Shown piece by piece: positions 1 through 11,449 of a stretch of 64,000 bases of DNA; within the stretch, counting starts at the first letter, position 1; each line of letters starts with the position of its first letter. The stretch spans positions 32,001-96,000 of the forward strand of contig JBNKUM010000076.1 of the NCBI GenBank assembly GCA_050298595.1. Direction: 5' to 3'. The position numbers were made by a program, and so were the translations under genes. This stretch comes from Gammaproteobacteria bacterium (GTDB lineage: Bacteria > Pseudomonadota > Gammaproteobacteria > GCA-001735895). The notes below the pieces were generated by a model, which made no database searches, was not told the DNA's origin, and saw only the letters and a program-made list of their open reading frames with translations.

Positions 1-1289
1 CAGACACCAACTTCGATATTACGCCCATAGACCTTATAGGGCTGAATCAGGGACTGGTGAATTTTATCCAGAAATGATGTCAGTTGATCATCCTCAGCAT
101 ACCCCAGCAACAGGGCAAAATTGTCACCCTCAAGCCGCCCCAGACTATCTGATTCACGCAGGCTATCCGTCAGCCTTTTCGCCAGCATGCGTAATAAGCC
201 ATCCCCCAGATAGTTTCCATATTCTTTATTGATTTTATGAAAACCATCGATATCGATAAATACCAGTGCATATTTGCGCGCGCTGCGTTTGCCTTCCTGC
301 AGGGCTTGCAACACTCGCTCCTCAAAAATGATCCGGTTATGCAACCCGGTAAGAGGGTCATTCCTGGCCATATAGGCCAGATGCATAAAATAGCGCTGCA
401 ATAGGCCCATACCGGGCAATAGACGATAATCTTCTTTCCTGTTACCCGGACGTAAAGCGGTAATGACTGAATGCATACGTTGTGAAAGCTGAATCAGCGG
501 ACGCATCATCACACCATCCAGCACACGATAAACTATCAGAAACAATAACAGCAGTAGGGGAATTACCCATTTTGCATCCACCAACCAGTAGTCAAAAAAG
601 TTACCCCGGGGAAGATACAGACGTAGCGTGCCCAGCTTCATATGCCCACGACTAAACACGATCTCATGCAACAGATCTTTCTCAGAGGCGGTTACTTCGC
701 TATATTCCAGCAGTTGAGTCAATGCGTTAAGCTGTGCTGTTAACTGTTTACCCGATAGCCGTTCAAACTCACTGATAAAGCTGAAATAATCCATCATAAT
801 AATCAGGCTCATGGCTTGCCCATATATCCTGAAATCACCTTTAACCCCCATCATGGCCTGCCGCTCATCGTTCGCACAGCTAAAAAACAAAGGCGGAGCC
901 CCTTTATCAATCTCTGAATCCAATGATTGCGCCAGTTGCATACAATCACTTTTTTGCGGGGAGTTTTTCAGCGTGGCAACTGGATAGAGATAGGCTTGCT
1001 GTAGCTCATTGACATTGCTTAGATATTGATCGATGTACAACTTGCGTTGTGAAGCATCAAGCCGTTGCTGCAGGCCGGCGCGCATATCGTAAAAGCGTGA
1101 CTGCAACCATAACAATTGATCAGACTGGGCGGATTTAATCTGTTGTTGCCAGCTTTGCTGCTGTAGTAGATAGCCCTGTATTTGCTGCTGCTCAAATTGC
1201 TGGTATTGGGAAAACGACCATAGTCCCATACTAACTGCTGCAAGCAGCATTAAAAGGGCCAGGGTAAAGTTTTGTATCCCAATTTTCAT
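1..1289 (-). CDS. Membrane-anchored GGDEF-domain protein with degenerate active site; runs off the left window edge
   Basis: Hand translation from ATG 1289 (MKIGIQNFTLALLMLLAAVSMGLW...) is open to base 1. Two hydrophobic segments, then RNDPLTGLHNR...LVFIDIDGFHKINKEYGNYLGDGLL...LRESDSLGRLEGDNFALL. Absent from the ORF track because it has no stop in the window. Confidence 0.85.
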   Translation of the reverse strand, partial: MKIGIQNFTLALLMLLAAVSMGLWSFSQYQQFEQQQIQGYLLQQQSWQQQIKSAQSDQLLWLQSRFYDMRAGLQQRLDASQRKLYIDQYLSNVNELQQAYLYPVATLKNSPQKSDCMQLAQSLDSEIDKGAPPLFFSCANDERQAMMGVKGDFRIYGQAMSLIIMMDYFSFISEFERLSGKQLTAQLNALTQLLEYSEVTASEKDLLHEIVFSRGHMKLGTLRLYLPRGNFFDYWLVDAKWVIPLLLLLFLIVYRVLDGVMMRPLIQLSQRMHSVITALRPGNRKEDYRLLPGMGLLQRYFMHLAYMARNDPLTGLHNRIIFEERVLQALQEGKRSARKYALVFIDIDGFHKINKEYGNYLGDGLLRMLAKRLTDSLRESDSLGRLEGDNFALLLGYAEDDQLTSFLDKIHQSLIQPYKVYGRNIEVGV

Positions 1290-1359
1290 ATTCACACTTT
1301 AAGATGACAAAGTGATGAGAGGCAGTGCAGGGTTCACAGTTTCCCTGCACAGGTATTTG

Positions 1360-2238
1360 CTATTCTATGTTTTGCACCTGTTCGCGCATCTGTTCGATCA
1401 GTACCTTAAGGTCAACCGAAAGCCTGGTCGTTTCCGCATCCTGTGATTTTGACGACAGGGTATTCGCTTCACGGTTTAATTCCTGCATCAGAAAATCAAG
1501 TCTACGACCTACCGCTTCTTTTCGATTCAGCACTTTTTCAACTTCTTTAACATGAGTCTGTAAGCGGTCTAACTCTTCTTCGACATCGATTTTTTGTGCC
1601 AGAATGGTTAACTCCTGCTCCAGCCTGCCTGGATCAGCGCTTTCGCTCCACTGTGATAACCGATCTTCCAGCTGACTCACCCACCTGGCACGGATGGCTT
1701 CATTAACTTCCGGCCTGCGTTGCTTAACCTGTTCAACGATTTCGCTCACCTGCTGGCAACGCGAGGCTATCATTTCCTGCAACGCTTTACCTTCACGCTC
1801 TCTATTTTCTGTCAATTGTTCCAGTGCCTGCTGAACTCCTGACATAGCCAGATCCTGCAACGGCTTAAAATCTTGCTCAGATTCTTCCACAACACCTGGC
1901 CAGCGCAGGATATCTGACACTGAAAGGCTATGCCCTTCGTGCACAATCTTCAGCACATCCTGCTCAACCTGGCGTAGATTCTTGACCATATCTTCATTCA
2001 GACGAACTGATGAAGGCGCTGACCGATTGAGCTTGTAACGCAGACTGATATCCAGCTTTCCGCGCTGGATGTATTTTCCCAACATTTGCCGAACCTCGGG
2101 CTCCAGCATCTTAAATTCTTCCGGTAACTTAAACCCTGGCTCCAGATATCGATGATTGACCGATTTGATTTCCCATACAATATCGCCGCTATCGCCACTT
2201 AGCTGGACACGGGAGAAAGCCGTCATACTTTTTAACAT
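1360..2238 (-). CDS. yicC: YicC/YloC family endoribonuclease
   Basis: N-terminal SMTAF, EIKSVNHRYLE and C-terminal GRRLDFLMQELNREANTLSSK...EQMREQVQNIE; divergent from rph as usual. Confidence 0.96.
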   Translation of the reverse strand: MLKSMTAFSRVQLSGDSGDIVWEIKSVNHRYLEPGFKLPEEFKMLEPEVRQMLGKYIQRGKLDISLRYKLNRSAPSSVRLNEDMVKNLRQVEQDVLKIVHEGHSLSVSDILRWPGVVEESEQDFKPLQDLAMSGVQQALEQLTENREREGKALQEMIASRCQQVSEIVEQVKQRRPEVNEAIRARWVSQLEDRLSQWSESADPGRLEQELTILAQKIDVEEELDRLQTHVKEVEKVLNRKEAVGRRLDFLMQELNREANTLSSKSQDAETTRLSVDLKVLIEQMREQVQNIE

Positions 2239-2425
2239 TCGGGTACCCTCAATTATGTGCGTGAATTCTAGGTCCTGTTTGCATTAATTACAAACCAGCT
2301 TTGTGTCTCATGGCGACATCGGATATGCATTCAACCTGTGAACCGGTATAATCGCGCGGTTTTTAGGTTCAACCCCCAGCACGTGAATTCATCATTTTCA
2401 CGGGTTCACCCATTCAGGAGTAAAT

Positions 2426-3133
2426 ATGAGACCCAGCGGCAGAAACAGCGATCAACTGAGAGATATTCGCATTACGCGCAACTACACCAAACATGCTGAA
2501 GGCTCTGTGCTGATCGAATGTGGTGATACCAAAGTGCTGTGTACTGCCAGCGTGGAGAATAATGTACCGGGGTTTCTCAAAGGTAAAGGCAGTGGCTGGG
2601 TTACTGCCGAATACGGCATGCTACCGCGCTCCACCTCCAGCCGCATGCGCCGCGAATCCACTGCTGGAAAACAGGGCGGTCGCACCATGGAAATCCAACG
2701 TCTTATTGGTCGCTCCTTGCGCGCCTGTGTTGATACCAAAAAGCTGGGAGAAAAAACCATCACTCTGGATTGTGATGTCATCCAGGCCGATGGCGGTACC
2801 AGAACAGCCTCGATATCCGGCGCTTTTGTCGCTTTATCTGATGCCATCCAAAACCTGATCGATAACGGCAAATTAACCGAGAACCCAATTCATTGTCAGG
2901 TGGCCGCGATTTCGGTAGGTGTGTATCAGGGCTCCCCGGTACTCGATCTGGATTACGACGAAGATAGCAGCGCAGAAACCGATATGAATGTCGTGATGGA
3001 CAGCAATGGAGGTTTTATCGAGATTCAAGGTACTGCCGAAGGCACTGCATTTGGCGAGCAGGAATTAGCCGCCATGCTGGCACTGGCAAGAAAAGGAACA
3101 AGTGAAATATTCCAACTGCAACGCGGAGAATAA
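2426..3133 (+). CDS. rph: Ribonuclease PH
   Basis: [47 protein letters not shown]. Confidence 0.98.
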   Translation: MRPSGRNSDQLRDIRITRNYTKHAEGSVLIECGDTKVLCTASVENNVPGFLKGKGSGWVTAEYGMLPRSTSSRMRRESTAGKQGGRTMEIQRLIGRSLRACVDTKKLGEKTITLDCDVIQADGGTRTASISGAFVALSDAIQNLIDNGKLTENPIHCQVAAISVGVYQGSPVLDLDYDEDSSAETDMNVVMDSNGGFIEIQGTAEGTAFGEQELAAMLALARKGTSEIFQLQRGE

Positions 3134-3134
3134 T

Positions 3135-3725
3135 ATGCAGAAACTGGTAATCGCTTCAGGCAATCAGGGTAAATTACGTGAGTTTTCAGCCTTACTCGAA
3201 CCATTAGATTTTGATGTACACACCCAGTCTGAATTCAATGTGCCGGATGTAGAAGAAACAGGCACAACCTTTGTCGAAAATGCCATCATCAAGGCACGTA
3301 ATGCCGCCCTGCATACTGGATTACCCGCAATCGCTGATGATTCTGGTATTGAGGTAGATGCCTTAGAAGGCGCGCCGGGGGTTTATTCAGCTCGCTTTTC
3401 AGCCCCAGATGCCACTGATGAAAAAAACAATGCTCTACTGGTTGAAAAACTGGCTGATGTACCTGAACAGCAACGCACTGCACGTTATCGCGCAGTAATC
3501 GTGTATATGCGCCACGCTAAAGATCCCTCACCTATCATCTGTGAAGGTAGCTGGGAAGGCTCTATTGTGCTTGAGCCTCAGGGTGAAGGTGGATTTGGCT
3601 ATGACCCATATTTCTGGGTACCCACACATGGCTGCACCAGTGCACAGTTATCAGCGGATGAAAAAAACGCTCTGTCACATCGTGGTCAGGCTTTACGCGA
3701 GCTGGTTAGCAAACTGACTCAGTGA
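3135..3725 (+). CDS. rdgB: dITP/XTP pyrophosphatase (HAM1 family)
   Basis: ASGNQGKLRE, EETGTTFVENAIIKA, ADDSG, PGVYSAR, GFGYDP, SHRG; start taken at ATG 3135 just after the rph stop. Confidence 0.97.
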   Translation: MQKLVIASGNQGKLREFSALLEPLDFDVHTQSEFNVPDVEETGTTFVENAIIKARNAALHTGLPAIADDSGIEVDALEGAPGVYSARFSAPDATDEKNNALLVEKLADVPEQQRTARYRAVIVYMRHAKDPSPIICEGSWEGSIVLEPQGEGGFGYDPYFWVPTHGCTSAQLSADEKNALSHRGQALRELVSKLTQ

Positions 3726-4942
3726 ATAGCTACCCACTACAGTTTGAGACTAATCCACCACTAGGCCTGTATATACACCTGCCCTGGTGTGCGCAGAAAT
3801 GCCCATACTGTGATTTCAATTCTCATCAATCCAGCGACTTTGATGAATCCGCTTATGTCAGTGCTCTGATAGAAGATCTATTACTGGATTTACCACTGGT
3901 TTGGGGCCGCTCAATCAGCAGCATTTTTATCGGTGGAGGCACGCCATCATTATTCTCTGCCTCGGCTATTCAACAGCTGTTATTGGAATTACGCGCCTGC
4001 CTTAACTTCAATCCGGGTATAGAAATCACCATCGAAGCCAACCCCGGCAGTGCTGACGAAGCACATTTTGAGGGCTATCTAAAAGCGGGGATCAACCGCT
4101 TATCTATAGGTGTGCAGAGTTTTGATAATGCCAGTTTAAAGGCCCTGGGGCGCATTCACGATAGCAGGCAAGCCCTGTCCGCCTTTGATAAAGCCCGCAA
4201 AGCCGGGTTTCAGAATATCAATCTAGATCTGATGTTCGCACTGCCCGGCCAGACCTTACAACTCGCAGAAGCCGATTTACTTCAGGCGATAAGGCTGCAG
4301 CCGGAGCATATCTCACACTATCAGCTCACTATCGAGCCTAACACTCGCTTTTATCAACATGTCCCAGAACAAATTCCAGACGATGATTTGAGCTGGGAGA
4401 TGCAGCAAAGCTGTCAGGCGTTGCTTGCCCATCAAGGCTATCAGCAATACGAAATCTCTGCTTACGCCAGGCCTGATCGTCACAGCCGGCACAATATGAA
4501 TTACTGGCAATTTGGCGATTACCTGGGTATAGGCGCTGGGGCACATGGCAAAATCACCCTGCCAGCAGAGAATCGGGTGATACGTCGGCAGCGTCAGCGC
4601 CAACCTCAGAAATATCTGCAATCTAACGGTAGCGAGCGTATCTCTCAGCAGCAGGAATTATCAGCTCAGGATTTAATCTTTGAATTTATGCTAAACGCGC
4701 TGCGTCTGACCGAAGGATTCGATTTATCTCTATTTGATCGTCATAGCGGAATGAAGCAGAAAGTTTTGCAATCGCCACTGCGCAAAGCTCAGGAACTGGG
4801 TTTGATCAATTTACAGCAAAACCACCTGACACCTGGCGAGTTAGGATTAAGGTTTCATAACGACTTACAGGCATTGTTTCTTGATGTTGAAATCTCGAAG
4901 CCAAAACACCTTCATCTGGGTCAATTTCCCCAAAATATATAG
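3722..4942 (+). CDS. hemW: Radical SAM heme chaperone HemW (YggW)
   Basis: LYIHLPWCAQKCPYCDFNS, GGGTPS, YEISAYA, HNMNYW, GIGAGAHG; canonical position after rdgB. Confidence 0.95.
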   Translation: MNSYPLQFETNPPLGLYIHLPWCAQKCPYCDFNSHQSSDFDESAYVSALIEDLLLDLPLVWGRSISSIFIGGGTPSLFSASAIQQLLLELRACLNFNPGIEITIEANPGSADEAHFEGYLKAGINRLSIGVQSFDNASLKALGRIHDSRQALSAFDKARKAGFQNINLDLMFALPGQTLQLAEADLLQAIRLQPEHISHYQLTIEPNTRFYQHVPEQIPDDDLSWEMQQSCQALLAHQGYQQYEISAYARPDRHSRHNMNYWQFGDYLGIGAGAHGKITLPAENRVIRRQRQRQPQKYLQSNGSERISQQQELSAQDLIFEFMLNALRLTEGFDLSLFDRHSGMKQKVLQSPLRKAQELGLINLQQNHLTPGELGLRFHNDLQALFLDVEISKPKHLHLGQFPQNI

Positions 4943-5043
4943 GTGCACCTGAATTATTGAGCCCTTTTTATTCACAGCTAGGAAATTTTCTTATTTTTGT
5001 CAACAGCAATTCAAAAAAAACTATAATATTTTTTTTACATAAG

Positions 5044-5056
5044 TAACCTATTGATT
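5044..5056. promoter_or_regulatory. IHF binding site
   Basis: TAACCTATTGATT is a perfect match to the reverse complement of WATCAANNNNTTR, in an AT-rich context. Confidence 0.65.
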
Positions 5057-5142
5057 TAATTGAATTATTCCTGATTGGTTAAAAAGTGACTAATTTAACA
5101 AAAAGCCTTATAGGACAAGCGCTAGAGCTGGTCATAGACACT

Positions 5143-5177
5143 TTTTCCACAGACTTATCCACAGCTTTTGTGGATAA
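5143..5177. promoter_or_regulatory. Triple DnaA-box cluster (DARS-like core)
   Basis: TTTTCCACA (5143-5151), TTATCCACA (5155-5163), TGTGGATAA (5169-5177); two perfect consensus boxes and one with a single mismatch. Confidence 0.8.
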
Positions 5178-5364
5178 CAATCCGAACCCTAAATCTAACA
5201 GCGATTTTCATCAAACTCATCATGTTTTACATTAACTTTTAGCGCCAACTTAAATATAAGCAATTGCTAATTTAGACCTCAATTTGCTAGACCTTGCTTT
5301 CCAATATTTAACTCCAAAAAACTGAGTTGAGCCTGATAAATAAGCTTTCAGATCAAATTAATAC

Positions 5365-5393
5365 TTGCGCTTTAAATCAAAAAAAGGCAGAAT
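5365..5393 (+). promoter_or_regulatory. Putative sigma70 promoter of rpmE2 with GC-rich discriminator
   Basis: TTGCGC-17 bp-CAGAAT followed by TCGCGCCC. Confidence 0.5.
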
Positions 5394-5429
5394 TCGCGCC
5401 CGTTTAAAGCAAGTTTCGAACAAATTATT

Positions 5430-5672
5430 ATGAAACAAGGTATTCACCCAGATTATAGAGATGTCGTTTTTCAGGACTCTTCATCCGAATTCGCCATATT
5501 AACCCGCTCAACAATCCAGACCAGAGAAACCATTAAGTGGGAAGATGGTAATGAATACCCACTGGTTAAACTTGAAGTTTCCAGTGCATCGCATCCGTTC
5601 TATACCGGCAAACAGCACGTACTGCAGTCTGCTCGTCAGGTGGACAAGTTCCGCGAACGTTACGGAAAATAG
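5430..5672 (+). CDS. rpmE2: 50S ribosomal protein L31 type B
   Basis: [16 protein letters not shown]...[20 protein letters not shown]; 80 aa with no CxC/CxxC zinc ligands. Confidence 0.96.
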   Translation: MKQGIHPDYRDVVFQDSSSEFAILTRSTIQTRETIKWEDGNEYPLVKLEVSSASHPFYTGKQHVLQSARQVDKFRERYGK

Positions 5673-5695
5673 TTTTTTACTATTTATAGAATACT

Positions 5696-5721
5696 AAGGG
5701 TACCTCAGGGTACCCTTTTTT
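5696..5721 (+). terminator. Rho-independent terminator after rpmE2
   Basis: AAGGGTACC-TCAG-GGTACCCTT followed by a T run. Confidence 0.85.
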
Positions 5722-5903
5722 GTGCCTGACAATCAGTTCAACTGAAAAATAAACCGCACAACAATAAACTTAGAGCCAAGTTTTATTTGTATCGGGTAAC
5801 GCAATTTCCTAAGATGCACCGTTCGGCCGACAATATGTTGGTCAAGGACTTTTGATAAACACGGTAAATCACCAAGCTTTACCCCAAACTAGCAGAAAAA
5901 ATT

Positions 5904-7130
5904 ATGAACCCCAAAAGCCTCAAACAGGACGCCCTGGATTATCACGAACACCCCAAACCCGGCAAAATAGCCATAGAGATAACAAAACCAACTGCAACTC
6001 AGCAAGATCTTTCTCTTGCCTATACCCCAGGTGTTGCAGAACCGGTTCGTAAAATTGCTGCAAACCCCGATACTGCCTATCGCTATACATCAAAAGGCAA
6101 TCTGGTTGCTGTAATTACCGATGGATCTGCGGTACTTGGCCTTGGTAATGTAGGCGCACTGGCCGGTAAACCGGTCATGGAAGGCAAAGCGGTCCTTTTT
6201 AAGGCTTTTGCAGATATCGATGTTTTTGATATTGAAGTAAGCACTCAGGACCCGGAAGAGTTCATCAAGACCGTAACCAATATCGCCGGTGGTTTTGGTG
6301 GCATCAACCTGGAAGACATTTCAGCGCCGCGCTGTTTTGAAATAGAACGCGCTTTAAATGAAAAGCTGGATATCCCTGTTTTTCATGATGATCAACATGG
6401 CACCGCCATTATCATTGCAGCAGGATTGTTGAATGCACTGGAAATTCAGGGCAAAAAACTGGAAGACGCTCGCATCACTTGCGTAGGTGCTGGTGCTGCT
6501 GGTATCGCCGCGATGAAATTACTCATCGAACTGGGTGCCGATCAGGACAATATCACGCTGGTTGACAGCAAAGGCGTGGTGCAATGTGAACGTGGAGACC
6601 TCAACATCTACAAACAGGCATTTGCACGAGTTACTGAAAAGCGCACTCTGGAAGATGCGATGGAAGCTGCAGATGTTTTCATTGGTGTTTCCGGGCCTGA
6701 TATTCTCAGTACCAGGATGCTGGCATCCATGGCTGACCGTCCTGTCGTTTTCGCCCTATCTAACCCTGATCCAGAAATCATCCCCGAGCTGGCATTCAAA
6801 ACCCGCCAGGATTTAATCATGGCAACTGGTCGCAGCGACTTCCCGAATCAGGTGAATAATGTATTAGGTTTCCCCTACATCTTCCGTGGTGCACTGGATG
6901 CTCGTGCCAATACGATTAGCATCGAGATGCAGATTGCTGCAGTACACGCATTAAAAGACCTGGCTAAAGAACCTGTACCCCAGGAAGTTCTGGATGCCTA
7001 CAAACTGGAATCTCTGGAATTCGGGCCTGAGTACATCATCCCCAAGCCGTTCGATCCTCGTTTGATTGATACCGTACCAGAAGCCGTTAGACTCGCCGCG
7101 ATCTCGTCGGGTGCTGTGCATAAAAATTAA
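5904..7130 (+). CDS. NAD(P)-dependent malic enzyme (MaeB-type catalytic part, no PTA domain)
   Basis: [64 protein letters not shown]. Confidence 0.93.
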   Translation: MNPKSLKQDALDYHEHPKPGKIAIEITKPTATQQDLSLAYTPGVAEPVRKIAANPDTAYRYTSKGNLVAVITDGSAVLGLGNVGALAGKPVMEGKAVLFKAFADIDVFDIEVSTQDPEEFIKTVTNIAGGFGGINLEDISAPRCFEIERALNEKLDIPVFHDDQHGTAIIIAAGLLNALEIQGKKLEDARITCVGAGAAGIAAMKLLIELGADQDNITLVDSKGVVQCERGDLNIYKQAFARVTEKRTLEDAMEAADVFIGVSGPDILSTRMLASMADRPVVFALSNPDPEIIPELAFKTRQDLIMATGRSDFPNQVNNVLGFPYIFRGALDARANTISIEMQIAAVHALKDLAKEPVPQEVLDAYKLESLEFGPEYIIPKPFDPRLIDTVPEAVRLAAISSGAVHKN

Positions 7131-7137
7131 CACCCTT

Positions 7138-7986
7138 ATGATTTCAGGAGCAGCACTTTGCCTGCTGCTCCTGACTGTCACTAATAGTGCATTTGCCAAA
7201 CAAAAAAATTCACCCTGCCAGCAAATCAGTAACAAGCTTGCTAGCGTTTCTGTTAGCGAATGCGAAGCGCTTGAGCTTAAACCGACTGGGCACGAATCGG
7301 TTAATGGTTTTCCTATTCTGTATCGTGAATACCCACCACTAGGCAAAAAAATCCCGCGCGGACGAATACTTGTGATTGGCGGCACACATGGCGATGAACT
7401 AGTTTCGATTAGTGTCGTGTTTAAATGGATGCAGACCCTGTTAAAGCATCACTCAGGTCTATTTCACTGGCATGTCATCCCGTTGATGAACCCTGATGGA
7501 ACCCTTAAAGAAAATCACACTCGAGTCAATGCAAATGGCGTCGATTTAAACCGTAACTTCAGCTACCCTGAAACAGAGCAAAGCGCTCTAGATTACTGGG
7601 TAAACAAAACCAGGAGGAATATCCGTAGATTTCCGGGTAAGGCACCACTTAGCGAACCCGAAACACGCTGGCTGAAGCAGGAGATAGAAACCTTTAAACC
7701 CGACGTCATAATCGCCGTTCACGCACCCTATAGTCTGGTCGATTACGATGCACCATCACGCAGAAATGCACCCCATCGTATTGGTTACCTATATAAAAAT
7801 CTGATGGGCACCTACCCGGGTTCACTGGGCAATTATGCCGGCATACAATTAGGCATACCTGTGATTACGCTAGAGCTGCCGCATGCTGGCATTATGCCGA
7901 CAAAAGACCAGATCAGCCTGCTATGGACCGATCTGATCCGCTGGCTAATCCGAAACGTACATTCAGATCAGGCTAAATCAAGCTAA
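7138..7986 (+). CDS. mpaA: M14 zinc carboxypeptidase, MpaA-like murein peptide amidase, with signal peptide
   Basis: GGTHGDE (HxxE), NANGVDLNRNF, SEPET, AVH, PGSLGNY, TLELP; start may be GTG 7111. Confidence 0.75.
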   Translation: MISGAALCLLLLTVTNSAFAKQKNSPCQQISNKLASVSVSECEALELKPTGHESVNGFPILYREYPPLGKKIPRGRILVIGGTHGDELVSISVVFKWMQTLLKHHSGLFHWHVIPLMNPDGTLKENHTRVNANGVDLNRNFSYPETEQSALDYWVNKTRRNIRRFPGKAPLSEPETRWLKQEIETFKPDVIIAVHAPYSLVDYDAPSRRNAPHRIGYLYKNLMGTYPGSLGNYAGIQLGIPVITLELPHAGIMPTKDQISLLWTDLIRWLIRNVHSDQAKSS

Positions 7987-8414
7987 GCACGTTTACAAAG
8001 GGGACGTTGATCCGGGTTTTCCACCGCATCGGCAATCGCATCCACCAGATTACCCAGTTCCTGATGCGAGACGACAGTTAATATTCGATTCAGCACATCC
8101 GGATCAACCTCTGCCAGCACAGATCGACCATCCATAAGCGTAACATTTAATCCTACCCGACTAGTTTCATTATCTTCGCTTTCCTCGGCCACCAGAGTTT
8201 CACTCAGTTCCATCATTTCATCATAAAACTCTTCAATTTCATCACTGATATCATCGTCCAGATTATCCTGAATATGGATCACGAATCCTTCAACATCCGT
8301 TTCATCGATGCCTTCTTTTAGCATTTCGATATTTTTAGAGTCAAGAAACTGCTTAAATTTCTGATAAGGATGCTGGTGAAAAAAGATATATTCCAGTGTT
8401 AACTGCTCGTCCAT
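7983..8414 (-). CDS. Conserved acidic hypothetical protein
   Basis: 143-aa ORF with plausible RBS (GAGG); ends ..ENPDQRPLCKR. Confidence 0.75.
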   Translation of the reverse strand: MDEQLTLEYIFFHQHPYQKFKQFLDSKNIEMLKEGIDETDVEGFVIHIQDNLDDDISDEIEEFYDEMMELSETLVAEESEDNETSRVGLNVTLMDGRSVLAEVDPDVLNRILTVVSHQELGNLVDAIADAVENPDQRPLCKRA

Positions 8415-8472
8415 TGTTATGCCTGCCTCGGTATATTTAATTCAATATGAGTTTATTTAACAAAGCTTATAA

Positions 8473-9522
<1,050 letters not shown>

Positions 9523-9526
9523 CAGA

Positions 9527-10342
9527 ATGGACCAATACGCAGTAGTAGGGTACCCGATTAGTCACAGTCTATCACCACAGATTCACAGCCTGTTTGCTGA
9601 AGAAACCAAACAGGATATGAGCTATCGAGCGTTACAGCTCGAACCCGATAAATTTGTAGAACAGATTCGAAAACTGCAAAGCGCTGGATATAAGGGACTA
9701 AATATCACAGTGCCTTTTAAACAGGAGGCCTGGGATATAGCCGATATCATGAGCCCCAGAGCAAAAGATGCTGGCGCGGTCAATACATTAATCCTTCAGC
9801 CTGATGGAAAAATAGCCGGTGATAATACCGATGGCATAGGCCTGATCCGTGACCTTATCGTCAACCATCAGGTATTGATTGAGCATCGCAAAATCTTAAT
9901 TCTAGGTGCTGGTGGTGCAGTACGTGGTGCGCTTGGCCCGATACTCGCTAAAAAACCCGGCTTACTCACCATCGCCAACAGAACCCTGGAAAAAGCCCAA
10001 CAACTGGCGGATGATTTTTATCATGTATGGGATCTACAACCCTCGACCTATGAAGATCTGGGACGTGAAACCTACGACCTGATCATCAATGGCACCTCTG
10101 CCGGCTTACATGGGGAAGTCCCCCCTATTCCAGATACTATTCTGGGTGCTAATTCGGTTTGCTATGACATGATGTATAGCGTTAGTCAAAATACAGCCTT
10201 TGTACAATGGGCACTCGACAGGGGGGCATTACGAGCTTATGACGGCCTCGGCATGCTGGTAGAACAGGCTGCAGAATCATTCTACATCTGGCGCGGAAAA
10301 AGACCTCAAACCGCCATCGTTATTCAGATGCTTCGCCAGTAG
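9527..10342 (+). CDS. aroE: Shikimate dehydrogenase
   Basis: GYPISHSLSPQIH, GLNITVPFK, GAVNT, GDNTDG, GAGGA, DGLGMLVEQAA. Confidence 0.96.
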   Translation: MDQYAVVGYPISHSLSPQIHSLFAEETKQDMSYRALQLEPDKFVEQIRKLQSAGYKGLNITVPFKQEAWDIADIMSPRAKDAGAVNTLILQPDGKIAGDNTDGIGLIRDLIVNHQVLIEHRKILILGAGGAVRGALGPILAKKPGLLTIANRTLEKAQQLADDFYHVWDLQPSTYEDLGRETYDLIINGTSAGLHGEVPPIPDTILGANSVCYDMMYSVSQNTAFVQWALDRGALRAYDGLGMLVEQAAESFYIWRGKRPQTAIVIQMLRQ

Positions 10343-10469
10343 AACTAAGCCTTTCTGAGGGGCATTAGAGCACTGATTGATGATACAGGTCATCGCATTC
10401 TAACGCCTCACCTTCTAAGCTTTAAACAATCTCTCTTTTGAGCATTTCTCAGTGAAACAAAGGTACACT

Positions 10470-10802
10470 ATGAAAGATCTCGAATATTTCAGAAATCGTT
10501 TACTTGCTCTTAAGCAGCAACACAACAAAAGAATTCACTCAATCGATAAGGCTATCCGCCATACGGACATGTCAGCCGACTGGGCAGAACAGGCCACCGA
10601 ACGTGAGAATGATGAGGTACTGGAGTCACTGGGCATAGCTTCTGAAGACGAACTACAGCAGATCAATGCAGCTTTGCATCGTATCGATGCCGATGAGTAT
10701 TTTTACTGTAGTCAATGTGGTGAACCAATACCTTTAGCTCGTCTCGAATTACTCCCCTTTAGCACCACCTGTACTCATTGCGCTGAATTAATGGAAAACT
10801 GA
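10470..10802 (+). CDS. TraR/DksA C4 zinc-finger protein
   Basis: SADWAEQA, CSQCGEPI...RLELLP...CTHCA. Confidence 0.88.
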   Translation: MKDLEYFRNRLLALKQQHNKRIHSIDKAIRHTDMSADWAEQATERENDEVLESLGIASEDELQQINAALHRIDADEYFYCSQCGEPIPLARLELLPFSTTCTHCAELMEN

Positions 10803-10824
10803 AAAACAGCTGACACCCTGTAAT

Positions 10825-11418
10825 TCAGTCAGCTAGCGTTAGACCCGTAGTATCAGGCGGTGGGGGTGGGGGGGACTTATCGCCATTGCTTAGAACACTG
10901 CCTAGTGGAGCAACATCAAAACCAGTAATATCAATATCAGGCTCAGGATCTTCTTTAATCTGGTGCTGCATCATACTACCAACTGGAGCAATATCCGCTT
11001 CCAGATCAGGGATTTCTTCACCCCTCACACCTAATGGTTCAGTCAATAATGCCTGTGGAATCTGTTCTGACTCGGGATAACGGCTGGCGTATTCCTGAGC
11101 GGATTCAACCCTGGAAGCAGGGCTGCTGGTAACGGGGGAAGCGGGTGGTGATTGCTGCTGTACTGGATCTTCAGCTTCTGCCTTGCCAATTCTCGATACC
11201 TCACAGACAGCACCTGCTTTTTCAAAAGCACCGCGATATTTTGCAGCAGTTGCCGCATCCACCGCACGCTTGATAACCATGCGCTTGCCGGAAAACAATT
11301 GCGCCAACCTGGCCTCATCGGCTTTGAATATTATTGCAATATGCTGTTTAACGGTTGCCAGATCAGCGCCATCGGCTATCTGACCGCTGAATGCAATCTC
11401 AAATAATTGATCACTCAT
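10825..11418 (-). CDS. Hypothetical protein (folded N-terminal domain plus Pro/acidic tail)
   Basis: AGGAGG RBS before ATG 11418; FSGQI...LFSGKRMVIK...KYRGAFEKAGA; repeated D(I/V)AP(V/L)GS motif in the tail. Confidence 0.75.
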   Translation of the reverse strand: MSDQLFEIAFSGQIADGADLATVKQHIAIIFKADEARLAQLFSGKRMVIKRAVDAATAAKYRGAFEKAGAVCEVSRIGKAEAEDPVQQQSPPASPVTSSPASRVESAQEYASRYPESEQIPQALLTEPLGVRGEEIPDLEADIAPVGSMMQHQIKEDPEPDIDITGFDVAPLGSVLSNGDKSPPPPPPDTTGLTLAD

Positions 11419-11449
11419 GCTATGCCTCCTCAAGCATTTTTCTAATTAT

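Noticed and set aside
4943-5429. oriC
   Set aside because: Only three clustered DnaA boxes, one GATC, no clear DUE repeats, and no dnaA, rpmH or mnmG nearby; the geometry fits DARS better, though GC skew is needed to exclude oriC fully
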